Of a stretch of DNA of 64,000 nucleotides, positions 1 to 10,081 are shown one piece after another. The stretch covers positions 1,054,715-1,118,714 of the forward strand of contig AP025250.1 in assembly GCA_020886235.1 (NCBI GenBank), in the 5' to 3' direction. Every line of letters begins with the position of its first letter. The first letter of the stretch is position 1. Source of the stretch: Candidatus Dependentiae bacterium Noda2021. GTDB taxonomy: Bacteria > Babelota > Babeliae > Babelales > Vermiphilaceae. A program made the position numbers and the translations under genes. The notes beneath the pieces are model-generated. The model was given only the letters and a program-made list of their open reading frames with translations, had not been told where the DNA came from and made no database searches.

Positions 1-1343
1 ATACGCTCAATTTCATTTGCGGCAGAATCATAGCGATCTTGCTTATCCTTAAGCTGCTTGTTAAGCGAATCGATCTGAGTAATTAAACGCTGATTTTCTA
101 GGGCAAGCACCGGCTCACCCTGCTCGGAACGTGCAAGATTTTGCTGTAACGTTGCAATTTCTTTTCTCAATTCATCAGATTTTAATTCCGCTTGTGCAAG
201 ACGTTCTTGAGCGTTTTGTTGTGCTTGATCTACTATATTAAATTGCTCTTTCAACGAGTTATTAAGTTGTGTTATTTGTGCATCGCGTGCAGCCACAAGC
301 CCTTGGGCTTGAATTATATCTTGTTGTAGTAGTTTAACTTGAGCTTGTGCGTTAGCAAGATTTGCTTCTGCTGTGGCTCGACGTTGTTGTTCTGCTTGCA
401 ATGCGGTTGCGTGGCTCTGCTCAGCAGCGGTAGCTTGAACACGCGCTTGTGTTACATCTTTTTGAAGCTGTGTAATTTGTTGAGTTATATTTGCATTGAC
501 CGCGGTTAATCGTTCATTTTCTTTTACTAATACCGGCTCACCAGCACTTGCACTACGTAGCTGGTCTTGCAATTCATTATTTCTATCTTGAGCTTCTTTT
601 AAGGCTACTTGATGCTGTGCTCTTAAATCAGCAATTTCTTTTTTTGATTGTGCGTCGAGCGCATCAAAACGTTTTTGTAGATCTTGTTGTGTGGTGGTAG
701 CCGTTCGAATTTTAGTATCAAGTAATACTTGCAATCTGTCACGCTCCAGTCGCATCGCATTAAGCTGGTCTGTGTTATCACGCAACTGTCGAGAAACGGT
801 TGCTACACGATCTGCGGCCTCTTGTTGCACGCTCTCAATATCACGAGTCAGTGTATTATTTTGATTTCGTAGCTGCGCATTGAGATCACGCAATTCTTTT
901 TCAATACGATTACGCTCATTAATATCAGCAGTAAAATCTTTTTGCAGCCTATTAAATTCTTGTTGGAGCGCAATACTTTCTGCTTGCACCGCTTTTAATT
1001 CTTTGCGTAACTGCTCAATTAAAACAAGATCTTTACGAACTTGTTCTTTTTGTAATCTTAAATCTCTTTTAACATCAGTTAATTCTTGGCCAATGTCTGC
1101 ACCAAAATCTACGGCATAATTTTTTATTGCCTCTTCTAATTGCACGCGTAATGGCAAGGCTATGGCTCGTGCGCCTGCACCTTCAAGTTTGTCTACAATT
1201 TCACGAGCGCGATCAAAATTTTGTGCCGCTAATACTTGTTTAAATTCTTGTTGAAGGGCAGATAGCTGGCTTGGCGCCATTGAAAAGCTTAAGCTGTAGG
1301 TTGCAAACCCTACTAGTGCAAAAAAATACTTTATTATCTTCAT
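1..1343 (-). CDS. Secreted coiled-coil protein; C-terminus runs off the window (ATG at 1341-1343). Paralogue of the gene at 1461..2312.
   Basis: Reverse-strand translation from rc-ATG at 1341-1343 stays open to position 1. N-terminus MKIIKYFFALVGFATYSLSFSMAP is signal-peptide-like. The rest is Q/E/L/R-rich heptad coiled coil. It shares the motif VDKLEGAGARAIALPLRVQLE with IDQLEGAGARSVAQPLRTQLE of the downstream paralogue. It is absent from the ORF track only because it has no stop inside the window. Confidence 0.6.
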   Translation of the reverse strand, partial: MKIIKYFFALVGFATYSLSFSMAPSQLSALQQEFKQVLAAQNFDRAREIVDKLEGAGARAIALPLRVQLEEAIKNYAVDFGADIGQELTDVKRDLRLQKEQVRKDLVLIEQLRKELKAVQAESIALQQEFNRLQKDFTADINERNRIEKELRDLNAQLRNQNNTLTRDIESVQQEAADRVATVSRQLRDNTDQLNAMRLERDRLQVLLDTKIRTATTTQQDLQKRFDALDAQSKKEIADLRAQHQVALKEAQDRNNELQDQLRSASAGEPVLVKENERLTAVNANITQQITQLQKDVTQARVQATAAEQSHATALQAEQQRRATAEANLANAQAQVKLLQQDIIQAQGLVAARDAQITQLNNSLKEQFNIVDQAQQNAQERLAQAELKSDELRKEIATLQQNLARSEQGEPVLALENQRLITQIDSLNKQLKDKQDRYDSAANEIER

Positions 1344-1410
1344 AATTACCCTTAAATAATACATTATTTCTACAATAAGGGTACCATTTGAAGCTTTCAA
1401 TTAGCAATAA

Positions 1411-1440
1411 AAAGGGCCAGGAAATCCTGACCCTTTTTAT
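1411..1440. terminator. Stem-loop plus T-run between the two coiled-coil genes; intrinsic terminator for the 1461..2312 transcript (minus strand).
   Basis: GGGCCAGG-AAAT-CCTGACCC (7/8 bp) followed by TTTTTAT on plus. On minus it reads GGGTCAGG..CCTGGCCC followed by TTTTTATTGC. It lies 20 nt after the stop of the 1461..2312 gene. Confidence 0.4.
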
Positions 1441-1460
1441 TGCTTTAAAAACTCGAAAAA

Positions 1461-2312
1461 TTAATTAAACAAGCCTCTAAAGGTGTTTACAAAGGTATTA
1501 ATAGCTAATGGGTTTCTGCCATTATCGTAGTCTGTTATCAACTGCTTTAAGCCTTGTTCAGTAATGTACGCCTTAACATTCTGGAGCTTGTTACTAAACT
1601 CAGTTGCTTTGCTTTGCAATGTTTTTTGAATGCTTCTGTAATCATTCACTTGTTGTTGTAAGTCAGCAATTTCTTTTCTTGCTGCTTCAAGATCTTTCTC
1701 AATAGCATCAGTATCTTGATTTGCTTGATTGATATAATCTTGGTTTGCTTTTAATTGTTTTCTTGCAGCATCTAATTGTCTTTGGAAATCCTGATTTCCA
1801 GCCTCGAGATCATTAACACGGTTCTGGTATGCATCACGTTCTGCTTGGACTTTACGAAGGTCGCTTTGCAGTCTTAGGTTAGCTTCTTCTTGTTTTTTAA
1901 GCGCAACACGCACATCTGAAACTCCGCGTTGTTGAACACCCGCTTCTTCACGTGCACGCAATAAATCAGCTTTTACATTTTGCAATTGGTTTTGCAATTC
2001 TGCACGCGCTCTTTCAAGTTGTTTCTTTTCACGATCAGCAACATTGCGATACAATCTTTCAAAAGCTGATTCATTAATAGCTTGTTTTTTAAGCGCAGAT
2101 TCAAGCTGTGTTCTTAAAGGTTGTGCAACTGAACGTGCGCCCGCACCTTCAAGTTGATCAATAAGTAAACGGGCTTGAATAACATCTTCAGCTGCCAATG
2201 CTGTTCGCACTTGTTGCTCAAGACGAGAAACATCTGCTGGTGCTAATGCAACTAATGGCACACCATGTGCCATTAGCGCTATAAGCGATAATTTTGTTAT
2301 TACTTTTTTCAT
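1461..2312 (-). CDS. Secreted coiled-coil protein (Skp/OmpH-like architecture is possible but unproven)
   Basis: 283 aa. Signal peptide MKKVITKLSLIALMAHGVPLVALA. The remainder is a continuous heptad-repeat coiled coil rich in Q/E/R/L/A. Paralogous to the upstream partial gene. Confidence 0.6.
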   Translation of the reverse strand: MKKVITKLSLIALMAHGVPLVALAPADVSRLEQQVRTALAAEDVIQARLLIDQLEGAGARSVAQPLRTQLESALKKQAINESAFERLYRNVADREKKQLERARAELQNQLQNVKADLLRAREEAGVQQRGVSDVRVALKKQEEANLRLQSDLRKVQAERDAYQNRVNDLEAGNQDFQRQLDAARKQLKANQDYINQANQDTDAIEKDLEAARKEIADLQQQVNDYRSIQKTLQSKATEFSNKLQNVKAYITEQGLKQLITDYDNGRNPLAINTFVNTFRGLFN

Positions 2313-2329
2313 ACTAAATCCTTGTTAAA

Positions 2330-3988
2330 TTAGAAGGAGATACCTGCTTTACCCCACACCATCCAACGATTCATTGCGGTGTTATCAGGTGCTACTTCAT
2401 ACTGCCCGCCAAGACCTACAAACACTGGACGCTCGCGCTCATCCCAACGACGACCGATTGAACCGTAGAAGGTATGAGATACTACTGCAGGGTGAGCAGC
2501 TGACTCAAGGCAAAGATCTTCTGTTCTGATGATGTTATTTTCATACGCATCAACGGTGTCAGAAATTACATTTCCTGGGAAAATGCTATTGATCTGTACC
2601 AATTTACTTGTTTGTCCAAAGCCGTTGAGATATTTTAACGCAGCGGTTTCGATAAACGGACAATCTAGCTCAACACATTCTGCTTGACGTGCATAGAAGT
2701 TATAACCAACTTCTGCTTGCCACCAGCAACGGTCATACGCAATACCAAAGTTGAAATCACGTAAGAAGCCAGGTTTTACGCGTAGATCTTGTGTTAAAAT
2801 GTTAATACCGGGAGTATGCAAGGTAAGACCGGTTGCAAAGTCTACTGCGTTCGCTGCTAACAATGCTTGATCAGCGTTAGCGTAGAACTGCATGTAACGA
2901 CTCCATGGTTTGCCTTTTAAGTCAAATGAACGTCTTTCAGTTCTTTCAACAAAATACTCAAAAGACATATCTAAGTAGAACCATACGGTGCCTAAATCAC
3001 ATTTTGGACGCCAGATTTCAATACCAAAAGAAGTACCGGTTAATACACCTGGGTGATGGTTGTGACCAACCACCGGTTCAAATACATTGCGACCTCTTAC
3101 ACGGTTACCGGTTGGAGCTAACACACCAATAAATGAATCTAAGAAGCAGTGGTCAGATTTTACAATTTCATATCCAACACGCAACTCAAGATCACCCGCG
3201 CCGGTTTTATGATTACGGCTGCTGCAGTCGTCAATTCTACCATAGCACCAGCCTGGTTGTGCAAACGCTTCTGTAACACTGCCCACTGGGGTTAATGCAA
3301 CGGTAGGATCAATCGTGCATTGTGTGTTACATTGTGTGCTGCATGTATCAACATTACCACAAGAACCAACGTTGCCGCATGCACGAACTTGTGCAAGGCC
3401 TGGTTCAACTGGTGTTACGCCCGCGCCACCACCATTATCAATAATGTTTTCACAGATTCTGATTCTGTTTTTTACATTAGCGATTGGCAATGCAATGCTG
3501 TACCATAAGGCTCTGCCATCTTCTCTTTCATAGAAAGCTTGTTGCCATTGCAAACCGGCACCAACCCAGCTATGACGAGGCTCAAAGGTTACTTCACTCA
3601 AGAAAGTACCATTGACGGTATAAATGTTGAGGTAGTTTGCAAGTACATCAGTATCAGGTACTGCTGGTGTTGCTTGCTCACGTACAATTAACGTTGTTTT
3701 GCAATTAGGTAAGAAAAAACGCGCTAGGCGGTCATTTTTGGTTGATTTACCACCAAAGATCACTGCTTGGAATGCTCCATTTCCTTTGCAAGCGTCTCTG
3801 TCACTCGCGTGCATACGATCTCTAAATAACGTTACGCGAGAAGGAGATGTTGGTCCAAAAATTAATTCCCACTCGTCAGAAAAGAAAGTATGACTAGTTG
3901 CTTTGCAGTCACACTCGTCTCTTACTTGACGCGCCTGGAGCGCTGAAGCCATACTTAATATAAGCAGGCCAGACAAAAGCTTTTTCAT
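2330..3988 (-). CDS. Cysteine-rich outer-membrane beta-barrel protein (MOMP/porin-like)
   Basis: 552 aa. Signal peptide MKKLLSGLLILSMASALQA. Alternating amphipathic beta-strand character. Many Cys, including a CGNVGSCGNVDTCSTQCNTQC cluster. C-terminal aromatic terminus ...WGKAGISF is typical of OMP beta-barrels. Confidence 0.5.
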   Translation of the reverse strand: MKKLLSGLLILSMASALQARQVRDECDCKATSHTFFSDEWELIFGPTSPSRVTLFRDRMHASDRDACKGNGAFQAVIFGGKSTKNDRLARFFLPNCKTTLIVREQATPAVPDTDVLANYLNIYTVNGTFLSEVTFEPRHSWVGAGLQWQQAFYEREDGRALWYSIALPIANVKNRIRICENIIDNGGGAGVTPVEPGLAQVRACGNVGSCGNVDTCSTQCNTQCTIDPTVALTPVGSVTEAFAQPGWCYGRIDDCSSRNHKTGAGDLELRVGYEIVKSDHCFLDSFIGVLAPTGNRVRGRNVFEPVVGHNHHPGVLTGTSFGIEIWRPKCDLGTVWFYLDMSFEYFVERTERRSFDLKGKPWSRYMQFYANADQALLAANAVDFATGLTLHTPGINILTQDLRVKPGFLRDFNFGIAYDRCWWQAEVGYNFYARQAECVELDCPFIETAALKYLNGFGQTSKLVQINSIFPGNVISDTVDAYENNIIRTEDLCLESAAHPAVVSHTFYGSIGRRWDERERPVFVGLGGQYEVAPDNTAMNRWMVWGKAGISF

Positions 3989-4119
3989 TCCTTCTCCTTT
4001 TTTGAAAAAATTATGATTATACTATTAATCCTGTTATGGTATCTACCATAGTCGCTTTGATAGAGTCAACATTCAATCAGAGCATCTCAAGAGAATTTTA
4101 TGTCACATAAAGGCTACTC

Positions 4120-5385
4120 ATGTTTGGACGCATTAAAGGAACTCAAGATTTACTTGATCTAACACTGATTAATTTTGTGCTCAGCACCATCAAGCAGCAT
4201 TTAATAACCTACCATTTTACACAAATAGAAACGCCGATAATTGAATCGACTGATTTATTCACGCGCTCACTGGGCGTGCAAACGGATGTTGTTTCAAAAG
4301 AAATGTTTTTAATCAAAGGTAAAGACCAAGACTCTGATGGCACCATATGCTTACGTCCAGAAGCAACTGCCTCTACCGTGCGTGCATTTGTTGAAAATGC
4401 TATTGCACAAACACCATGGAAAGCATTCAGCTACGGCCCTATGTTTAGATATGAACGCCCGCAAAAAGGACGATTCCGTCAATTTCATCAAATTAATATT
4501 GAAACTATTGGCTCTAGCGCCGTAGAACAAGATGTTCAATTTATCAAAATGTTGGATCGTTATTTTAGTGAAAAATTATCGCTCAACAATTACGCCTTGT
4601 TAATAAATTATTTAGGGTGCCCAGAAGATAGAGTGCGTTACCGCGCAACGTTGCTTGCATTCTTGCAAACGCCACAAGCTCAGGGCATTTGCTCATTATG
4701 CCAAGAGCGTAAAGAAAAAAATTTAATGCGTATTTTTGATTGCAAAGTACCAAATTGCCAATTGATTTATCAAAACGCGCCACGCTTGATTGATTCTCTG
4801 TGCGCGCCATGTTCACAAGAATGGCAAACCTTACAAAATGACCTGGAACTGTTGTCAGTAACCTTTATCGTACAACCGCATCTAGTGCGCGGTCTTGATT
4901 ACTATCAAAAAACAGTGTTTGAATTTGTGAGCCATAACCTGGGAGCGCAGAGTGCATTCTGCGGCGGTGGAAGGTATGATCAGCTTGTCAGCCAAATCGG
5001 TGGCAAACAAGATCAACCATCCATTGGGGCGGCTATTGGTATGGAGCGATTGGTTCTTTTACTTGAACCCTACAAAGATACTCTGCCGTTGCCGCAATTA
5101 CCTCCCTTGCACGCAATAGTGCCTATGGCACCTGAACAAAAAGCACTTGCCCTTCTTCTTGCCGATGAGCTGCAAGCACATAATTTGTGCACAGAAATTT
5201 TTTTAGAATCTGATTCTATGAAGAGTATGATGCGCAAAGCTAATAAAATTGGTGCAAAGTATGTGCTCATCCTGGGTGAAAATGAACAAAAAACTCACTC
5301 GGTTACTATTAAAAATATGATTAATGGTACAGAAGAAAACATGCCACAAGTCAACGCAGTACCCTATTTATTGCATCAGATTTAA
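4120..5385 (+). CDS. hisS: Histidine--tRNA ligase
   Basis: 421 aa. Class-II aaRS motifs FRYERPQKGRFRQFHQ (motif 2) and GGGRYDQLV (HisRS motif 3). C-terminal anticodon-binding-like domain. Confidence 0.9.
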   Translation: MFGRIKGTQDLLDLTLINFVLSTIKQHLITYHFTQIETPIIESTDLFTRSLGVQTDVVSKEMFLIKGKDQDSDGTICLRPEATASTVRAFVENAIAQTPWKAFSYGPMFRYERPQKGRFRQFHQINIETIGSSAVEQDVQFIKMLDRYFSEKLSLNNYALLINYLGCPEDRVRYRATLLAFLQTPQAQGICSLCQERKEKNLMRIFDCKVPNCQLIYQNAPRLIDSLCAPCSQEWQTLQNDLELLSVTFIVQPHLVRGLDYYQKTVFEFVSHNLGAQSAFCGGGRYDQLVSQIGGKQDQPSIGAAIGMERLVLLLEPYKDTLPLPQLPPLHAIVPMAPEQKALALLLADELQAHNLCTEIFLESDSMKSMMRKANKIGAKYVLILGENEQKTHSVTIKNMINGTEENMPQVNAVPYLLHQI

Positions 5386-6060
5386 TTAATAGTGGAATCT
5401 AAACAGTTCCACTAAATAATCTTTGAAAATGTAAAAGAAAAACACTGCAAATAAAATGCCGTCAAAGCGATCAAGAAAACCACCGTGTCCGGGCAGAAGA
5501 TTACCTGAATCTTTGATATGCGCTTTTCGCTTGAGCCATGATTCAAACAAATCACCAATTAACGATAATACACACACGCACAAGGTAAAGAGTGCAATAA
5601 CATACCATGGCTGCATTTTATTAAGTTCAAGCAAAACTAAAAACAACCCAATGCAGGCAAAGATATAGCCACCCGCTACCCCTTCCCACGTTTTATTCGG
5701 GCTAATCGATGGAGCCAGCACGTGCTTGCCAATAAAAGTCCCGACAATGTATGAACCGGTATCAAAACTTGAAACTATGATAAATAAAATAAATAAGAGC
5801 GGATGGTGCAAAGAATTTTGATTCATTTTAATCAAAAGAGCAAAGGGCAAAATGGGATACAAGGGCATCGTTAACCAAAATGCTAAGCGACGCACGTTGA
5901 AAAAATTTGTCCATTCAAAAATAATAATAGTAGCCAGGATACCAGCAAGAATAAGTGAGAAATAAAACGGAGGAAGATAGACAAATGAAAGCCAAAACAA
6001 GAGACCCAAAACGAATCCTGTAATTGATCGCTTAATAAATGTTTTCATTGTGCCTATCAT
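5386..6060 (-). CDS. cdsA: Phosphatidate cytidylyltransferase (CDP-diglyceride synthase)
   Basis: Polytopic membrane protein. C-terminal CdsA signature KRKAHIKDSGNLLPGHGGFLDRFDG (K-D-x-G...P-G-H-G-G-x-x-D-R-x-D). Confidence 0.8.
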   Translation of the reverse strand: MIGTMKTFIKRSITGFVLGLLFWLSFVYLPPFYFSLILAGILATIIIFEWTNFFNVRRLAFWLTMPLYPILPFALLIKMNQNSLHHPLLFILFIIVSSFDTGSYIVGTFIGKHVLAPSISPNKTWEGVAGGYIFACIGLFLVLLELNKMQPWYVIALFTLCVCVLSLIGDLFESWLKRKAHIKDSGNLLPGHGGFLDRFDGILFAVFFFYIFKDYLVELFRFHY

Positions 6061-6077
6061 TGCAACCTCCTAAAAAA

Positions 6078-6452
6078 TTAATAGCCTCTAATGTCGCTTT
6101 GCATAAACGCATTAGGTATATACGTTAGCTTAAAATTATCGTCTATTAATTCTACCAAAGCAACATCAAATTGGCATATTTTATCAAAAAATTGATTGGT
6201 AGATAGGTAGTGATGGGCAGTTTTAATAATTTTTTGTTGTTTTGCGGGTGTTATGAGTTCTTCCATTGCAAACAGTGGCTTAGATCGTAACTTTACTTCA
6301 ACAAAAAGCACATGAGTTTTGTTGCTTGCAATAATATCAATTTCACCAAACATTTGCTGATAATTTTGTGCAAGAATTGTTTTACCTTGCTTTTTTAGAA
6401 CATCAACAACAAATTGTTCCGCCGCACGGCCAGTAACTCGCGAATTAGACAT
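6078..6452 (-). CDS. yraN: YraN/UPF0102-family endonuclease-like protein
   Basis: 124 aa. Motifs AEQFVVDVLKKQGKTIL, GEIDIIA and VLFVEVKLR are characteristic of YraN/UPF0102. Confidence 0.75.
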   Translation of the reverse strand: MSNSRVTGRAAEQFVVDVLKKQGKTILAQNYQQMFGEIDIIASNKTHVLFVEVKLRSKPLFAMEELITPAKQQKIIKTAHHYLSTNQFFDKICQFDVALVELIDDNFKLTYIPNAFMQSDIRGY

Positions 6453-6455
6453 ACA

Positions 6456-7454
6456 TTAAAAACGTTCAGTAAACGATTTAGGTGTTGCTTGTGCTACTAC
6501 AATAGTATCGCTTGGTAAATTGAGCGATTTATCAAGTCCTGCAAGTAATTGCTCCAATTCTGATTTTTGTTTTACAAAGGTAACTGATACAGGATGTTCT
6601 GGAAAACGTGTTACCAACTCATATCGTTTTTTTGCAGCACTGGCATTATCATTTTGCATTTCTGCAAGAAGTGCCTCTCGAGATAATAATTCAGGCTCAA
6701 TGCGGCTTGCTTTGCTCAGATAATCAGTGCGCGCAGACTCAAGTCTTTTTGATGCAGTAACTAATTTATTTTGTTTAAAATAAAAATCAGCCACATACAG
6801 TTCACGCTCAGCCAATTGTAAATAACAATCAGTAATGATTTTTTCTATTTCTGCTTTGTATGCAAGGCATTCAGGCAAATCGATAGTTTCTTGTGCAAGC
6901 TTCAGCGTCTCTTCAGTTTTGGTTTGGTCGCGGTCGCAGCCAAGCATTTGCTTACGCACACACATGAGCAAGTTATAACGTGCTTGTGATATTTGATCAC
7001 TTCCCGGGTACAGCTCAATAAACAAACGGTATACTGGTTCAGCTTTAGAATATCGCTCAAGCTCAAATAGTAAATCAGCTTTTTGTAAGGTCAATTCACG
7101 GGCATCATGCAGTTCATCGCACAACGGGATAAGCTTTTCTAAATAATGAAGCGCAGTATCTCTATCTTTTGATTTAATTGCTTCATCTTTATTTTTCTTT
7201 AATTCAGCAATCGTGATATCTGAGACATACTCAGGAACAACAAAAAGCTCTTTTACCCCATGGGCGAGCTTGCCCCAAAAAGTGGTGGGTTTTTGCTTTT
7301 CAATCTGTACTAAATCATTGTTTGTGGAGCGCTTTAAGCGCGTTTTTGTCTCCGTACGAGCCTGAGTAGGCACGTGTACACCGGCCGGAGCAGCCTCTAA
7401 GTATGGCATAAACGTTAACAAAATAAGGTATAACGGTAGTTTGGATGAGAACAT
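6456..7454 (-). CDS. TPR-repeat outer-membrane assembly lipoprotein BamD-like
   Basis: 332 aa. Signal peptide. Helical TPR-like repeats. The C-terminal half aligns by eye to E. coli BamD (YPGSDQISQARYNL vs YPNSQYTTDA, LAERELYVADFYFKQNKLVTASKRL vs [25 protein letters not shown]). It has no canonical lipobox Cys. Confidence 0.45.
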   Translation of the reverse strand: MFSSKLPLYLILLTFMPYLEAAPAGVHVPTQARTETKTRLKRSTNNDLVQIEKQKPTTFWGKLAHGVKELFVVPEYVSDITIAELKKNKDEAIKSKDRDTALHYLEKLIPLCDELHDARELTLQKADLLFELERYSKAEPVYRLFIELYPGSDQISQARYNLLMCVRKQMLGCDRDQTKTEETLKLAQETIDLPECLAYKAEIEKIITDCYLQLAERELYVADFYFKQNKLVTASKRLESARTDYLSKASRIEPELLSREALLAEMQNDNASAAKKRYELVTRFPEHPVSVTFVKQKSELEQLLAGLDKSLNLPSDTIVVAQATPKSFTERF

Positions 7455-7626
7455 GTGTGTTCCTTTTTACTAATCACTGCTTATGATTGTAATCGACTTT
7501 GATTGCGATCTTTATTACAATCATATCGATAAACAATAAGACACGCAAACAAAACTCTAGGCTCAGATTTGGCTGTTTGATATGGTTGCTAACAGTAATC
7601 GAATTATAGACAGGTAAGGATTTTGG

Positions 7627-9342
7627 ATGGTACCAAAAAGCATTGGGCAAACCCTCTTGGCTAGTGGGGCAATATCACATGAACAACTGCAAGAATGCCA
7701 GGCAGATGCACAAAAAAAAGGAAGCTCTGTTGAAGCCTGCCTTCTAGAAAAAAAATATATTACCCCTGAACAATGCGCTCAAGCCTATGCTACCTATTCA
7801 GGCATACCTTTTATTGAAAAAATTACCGAGCCCATGGCAGATCTTACCATTCTTGCCAAAGTACCCATCAAATTTTTACGTGATAACATCATAATTCCCC
7901 TGGTTATGGATGAAAATTTAGTCATCGTCACGTCCAACCCATTAAACTTTCAGCCTCTAGATGAACTCAATTTGCTCCTGGGCGGTCAACGCCATTATGC
8001 TGTGGCAACCCCTAAAACTATTATAGATGCAATTAATCGCTACTATCCCCTTGAGGGCACCAAGCAAATGATTGCACAACTTGAAGAAAGTGCTCAAGAA
8101 GACCTTGATGAATCAGTTGATTTTGGCGAAATCGAAGAAAAAGATATTGTAGCCATGGCCGCTGAAGCCCCTATCATAAAATTGGTAAACCATATTTTTT
8201 ATCAAGCAGTAAAACGAGGCGCTTCAGATATACACATTGAGCCCTATGAAAAAGAGCTGGTCGTTCGTTATCGTATTGATGGCGTTCTCTATACCGCCAT
8301 GAACCCACCAAAACGTATTCAAGGCGCATTGGTATCCCGCATAAAAATTATGGCTAATTTAAATATTGCAGAAAAGCGGGTTCCTCAGGATGGCCGTATT
8401 GATATTCGTGTAGCCGGAAGACCAATCGATATTCGTGTATCGGTACTACCCGTAGCCTTTGGTGAGCGCATAGTAATGCGTTTGCTTGATAAATCTCGCA
8501 CCTTTGGAAAACTACAAGATCTTGGCTTTAGCGAGCGCGATCTTAAAGTGATTATGAGTAGCATAACTAAGCCCAATGGCATTATTTACATAACGGGTCC
8601 TACCGGATCTGGTAAAACCAGTACCTTGTATGTAATTTTGGGTGAGCTTAATCAACCGGATGTAAATATAATCACCGTTGAAGACCCGGTTGAGTATCAA
8701 ATGGCAGGCATTGGCCAAGTACAAGTAAAAGATAAAATTGGCTTAGATTTTGCAGCAGCATTGCGCTCTATTTTGCGCCAAGATCCTGATATTATCATGA
8801 TTGGTGAAACCCGTGACCAAGAAACCGCCCAAATTGCTATCCAAGCAGCGCTAACCGGGCACTTGGTATTAAGTACCCTTCATACCAACAGTGCTCCAGC
8901 TACTATTACACGACTTCTTGATATGGGTATTGAGCCATTCTTAATTGCATCATCAATCATTTTATCGATGGCCCAACGATTAGTGCGAAAACTCTGCCCT
9001 ACCTGCAAAGAACCTTTTAAGCCCGATCTTGATCTATTAAAAAGTGTTGGGTTGACCGAAAAAGATGCGCAAGGCATAACTTTTTACAAACCAGTGGGGT
9101 GCGAAGAATGCAACCAAACTGGTTATAAAGGACGAATTGCAATTTTTGAGCTTATGCTTACCACTTCTGCTATCTCGCAACTTATTATGAGCCGCGCTGA
9201 TACGGCACAAATTCGCCGACAAGCTATTGCTGATGGCATGACGACGCTTCTTGATGACGGTATTAGAAAAATTAAAGAAGGCTTAACAACGATCGAAGAA
9301 GTATTAGCAGTAGCCGCACTTGAACAAGAAGTAGTTGAATAA
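7627..9342 (+). CDS. Type II secretion / type IV pilus assembly ATPase (GspE/PilB family)
   Basis: 571 aa. N-terminal T2SSE_N-like domain. Walker A GPTGSGKTST. Asp/His boxes. Tetracysteine zinc motif CPTCKEP...CEECNQTGYKGR. Confidence 0.85.
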   Translation: MVPKSIGQTLLASGAISHEQLQECQADAQKKGSSVEACLLEKKYITPEQCAQAYATYSGIPFIEKITEPMADLTILAKVPIKFLRDNIIIPLVMDENLVIVTSNPLNFQPLDELNLLLGGQRHYAVATPKTIIDAINRYYPLEGTKQMIAQLEESAQEDLDESVDFGEIEEKDIVAMAAEAPIIKLVNHIFYQAVKRGASDIHIEPYEKELVVRYRIDGVLYTAMNPPKRIQGALVSRIKIMANLNIAEKRVPQDGRIDIRVAGRPIDIRVSVLPVAFGERIVMRLLDKSRTFGKLQDLGFSERDLKVIMSSITKPNGIIYITGPTGSGKTSTLYVILGELNQPDVNIITVEDPVEYQMAGIGQVQVKDKIGLDFAAALRSILRQDPDIIMIGETRDQETAQIAIQAALTGHLVLSTLHTNSAPATITRLLDMGIEPFLIASSIILSMAQRLVRKLCPTCKEPFKPDLDLLKSVGLTEKDAQGITFYKPVGCEECNQTGYKGRIAIFELMLTTSAISQLIMSRADTAQIRRQAIADGMTTLLDDGIRKIKEGLTTIEEVLAVAALEQEVVE

Positions 9343-9370
9343 CAGTTGTGGAGTCAGCAAGCGACTGACA

Positions 9371-9967
9371 TCAACGATGTTTGAACTGGGGCTGAAAAAA
9401 ACGGTGGTAGCAAATACCTGATTTTTCATCAAAAAAATAGGTGAACGCACCTTTAATTTTCTTTTGATTATGATCAATAATGGTGCCCTGCATGGTCAAC
9501 GTAGTATCATATTGTTTATAATATTTGCGGCTTCGCTTTGTTCCTTGTGCTGCAAAATAAGGCAAATAATCATCAACCAATAATGAAAACGCATGCAATA
9601 GCACCGGATCGTTCCCAAAGCGCGTCGTTAATATATATTTTCGACTTCCGGGGATTAAATATCCTTGATCTTTTTTTGCGGCTTGAGGGTTTTCAAACCA
9701 TTGGCGCACATTGCGCGCATAGCTCAAGGGCAGCGCAATCCGATTGAGTTCATTGGTACTTTTAAATACTGTGAGCACCGCTTGATTACGGGTATCGTGT
9801 ATGATTACCTTATTAGATCGATCGTCTGTAGCCAACACAAATCCGTCGTGTGATTTTTTACTTAATTTAGTAGGAGTTAAAGACGGTTTAGGCAAGGACA
9901 CGGTTGCCTGCTCTGCGCTATGCACGGTGAAAACGCTTAAGAAGAAGAGTACATAATGCCAAACCAT
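9371..9967 (-). CDS. Secreted hypothetical protein, short paralogue sharing a C-terminal domain with 10082..11824
   Basis: The track ORF is 9371..10024. The internal Met at 9967 gives the signal peptide MVWHYVLFFLSVFTVHSA. The C-terminal ~110 aa (QGYLIPGSRKYILT..DPVLLHAFSLLVD..GAFTYFFDEKSGICYHRFFQPQ) is clearly homologous to the C-terminus of the next gene. Confidence 0.5.
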   Translation of the reverse strand: MVWHYVLFFLSVFTVHSAEQATVSLPKPSLTPTKLSKKSHDGFVLATDDRSNKVIIHDTRNQAVLTVFKSTNELNRIALPLSYARNVRQWFENPQAAKKDQGYLIPGSRKYILTTRFGNDPVLLHAFSLLVDDYLPYFAAQGTKRSRKYYKQYDTTLTMQGTIIDHNQKKIKGAFTYFFDEKSGICYHRFFQPQFKHR

Positions 9968-10081
9968 ATCATTTCCCCCTTCTTGCAGAATACGCAATTG
10001 CCTACCAACTATAATAGTAGGCAAATAGCATTACTCTACACAAGAGAATTGCTTGTCATCTAGGTTCCTGAGAACTCTGGC

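Noticed and set aside
880-1119. 79-aa plus-strand ORF
   Set aside because: It is embedded antisense in the coiled-coil gene 1..1343. Its translation is S/L/R-rich, as expected from antisense to a Q/E/L coiled coil.
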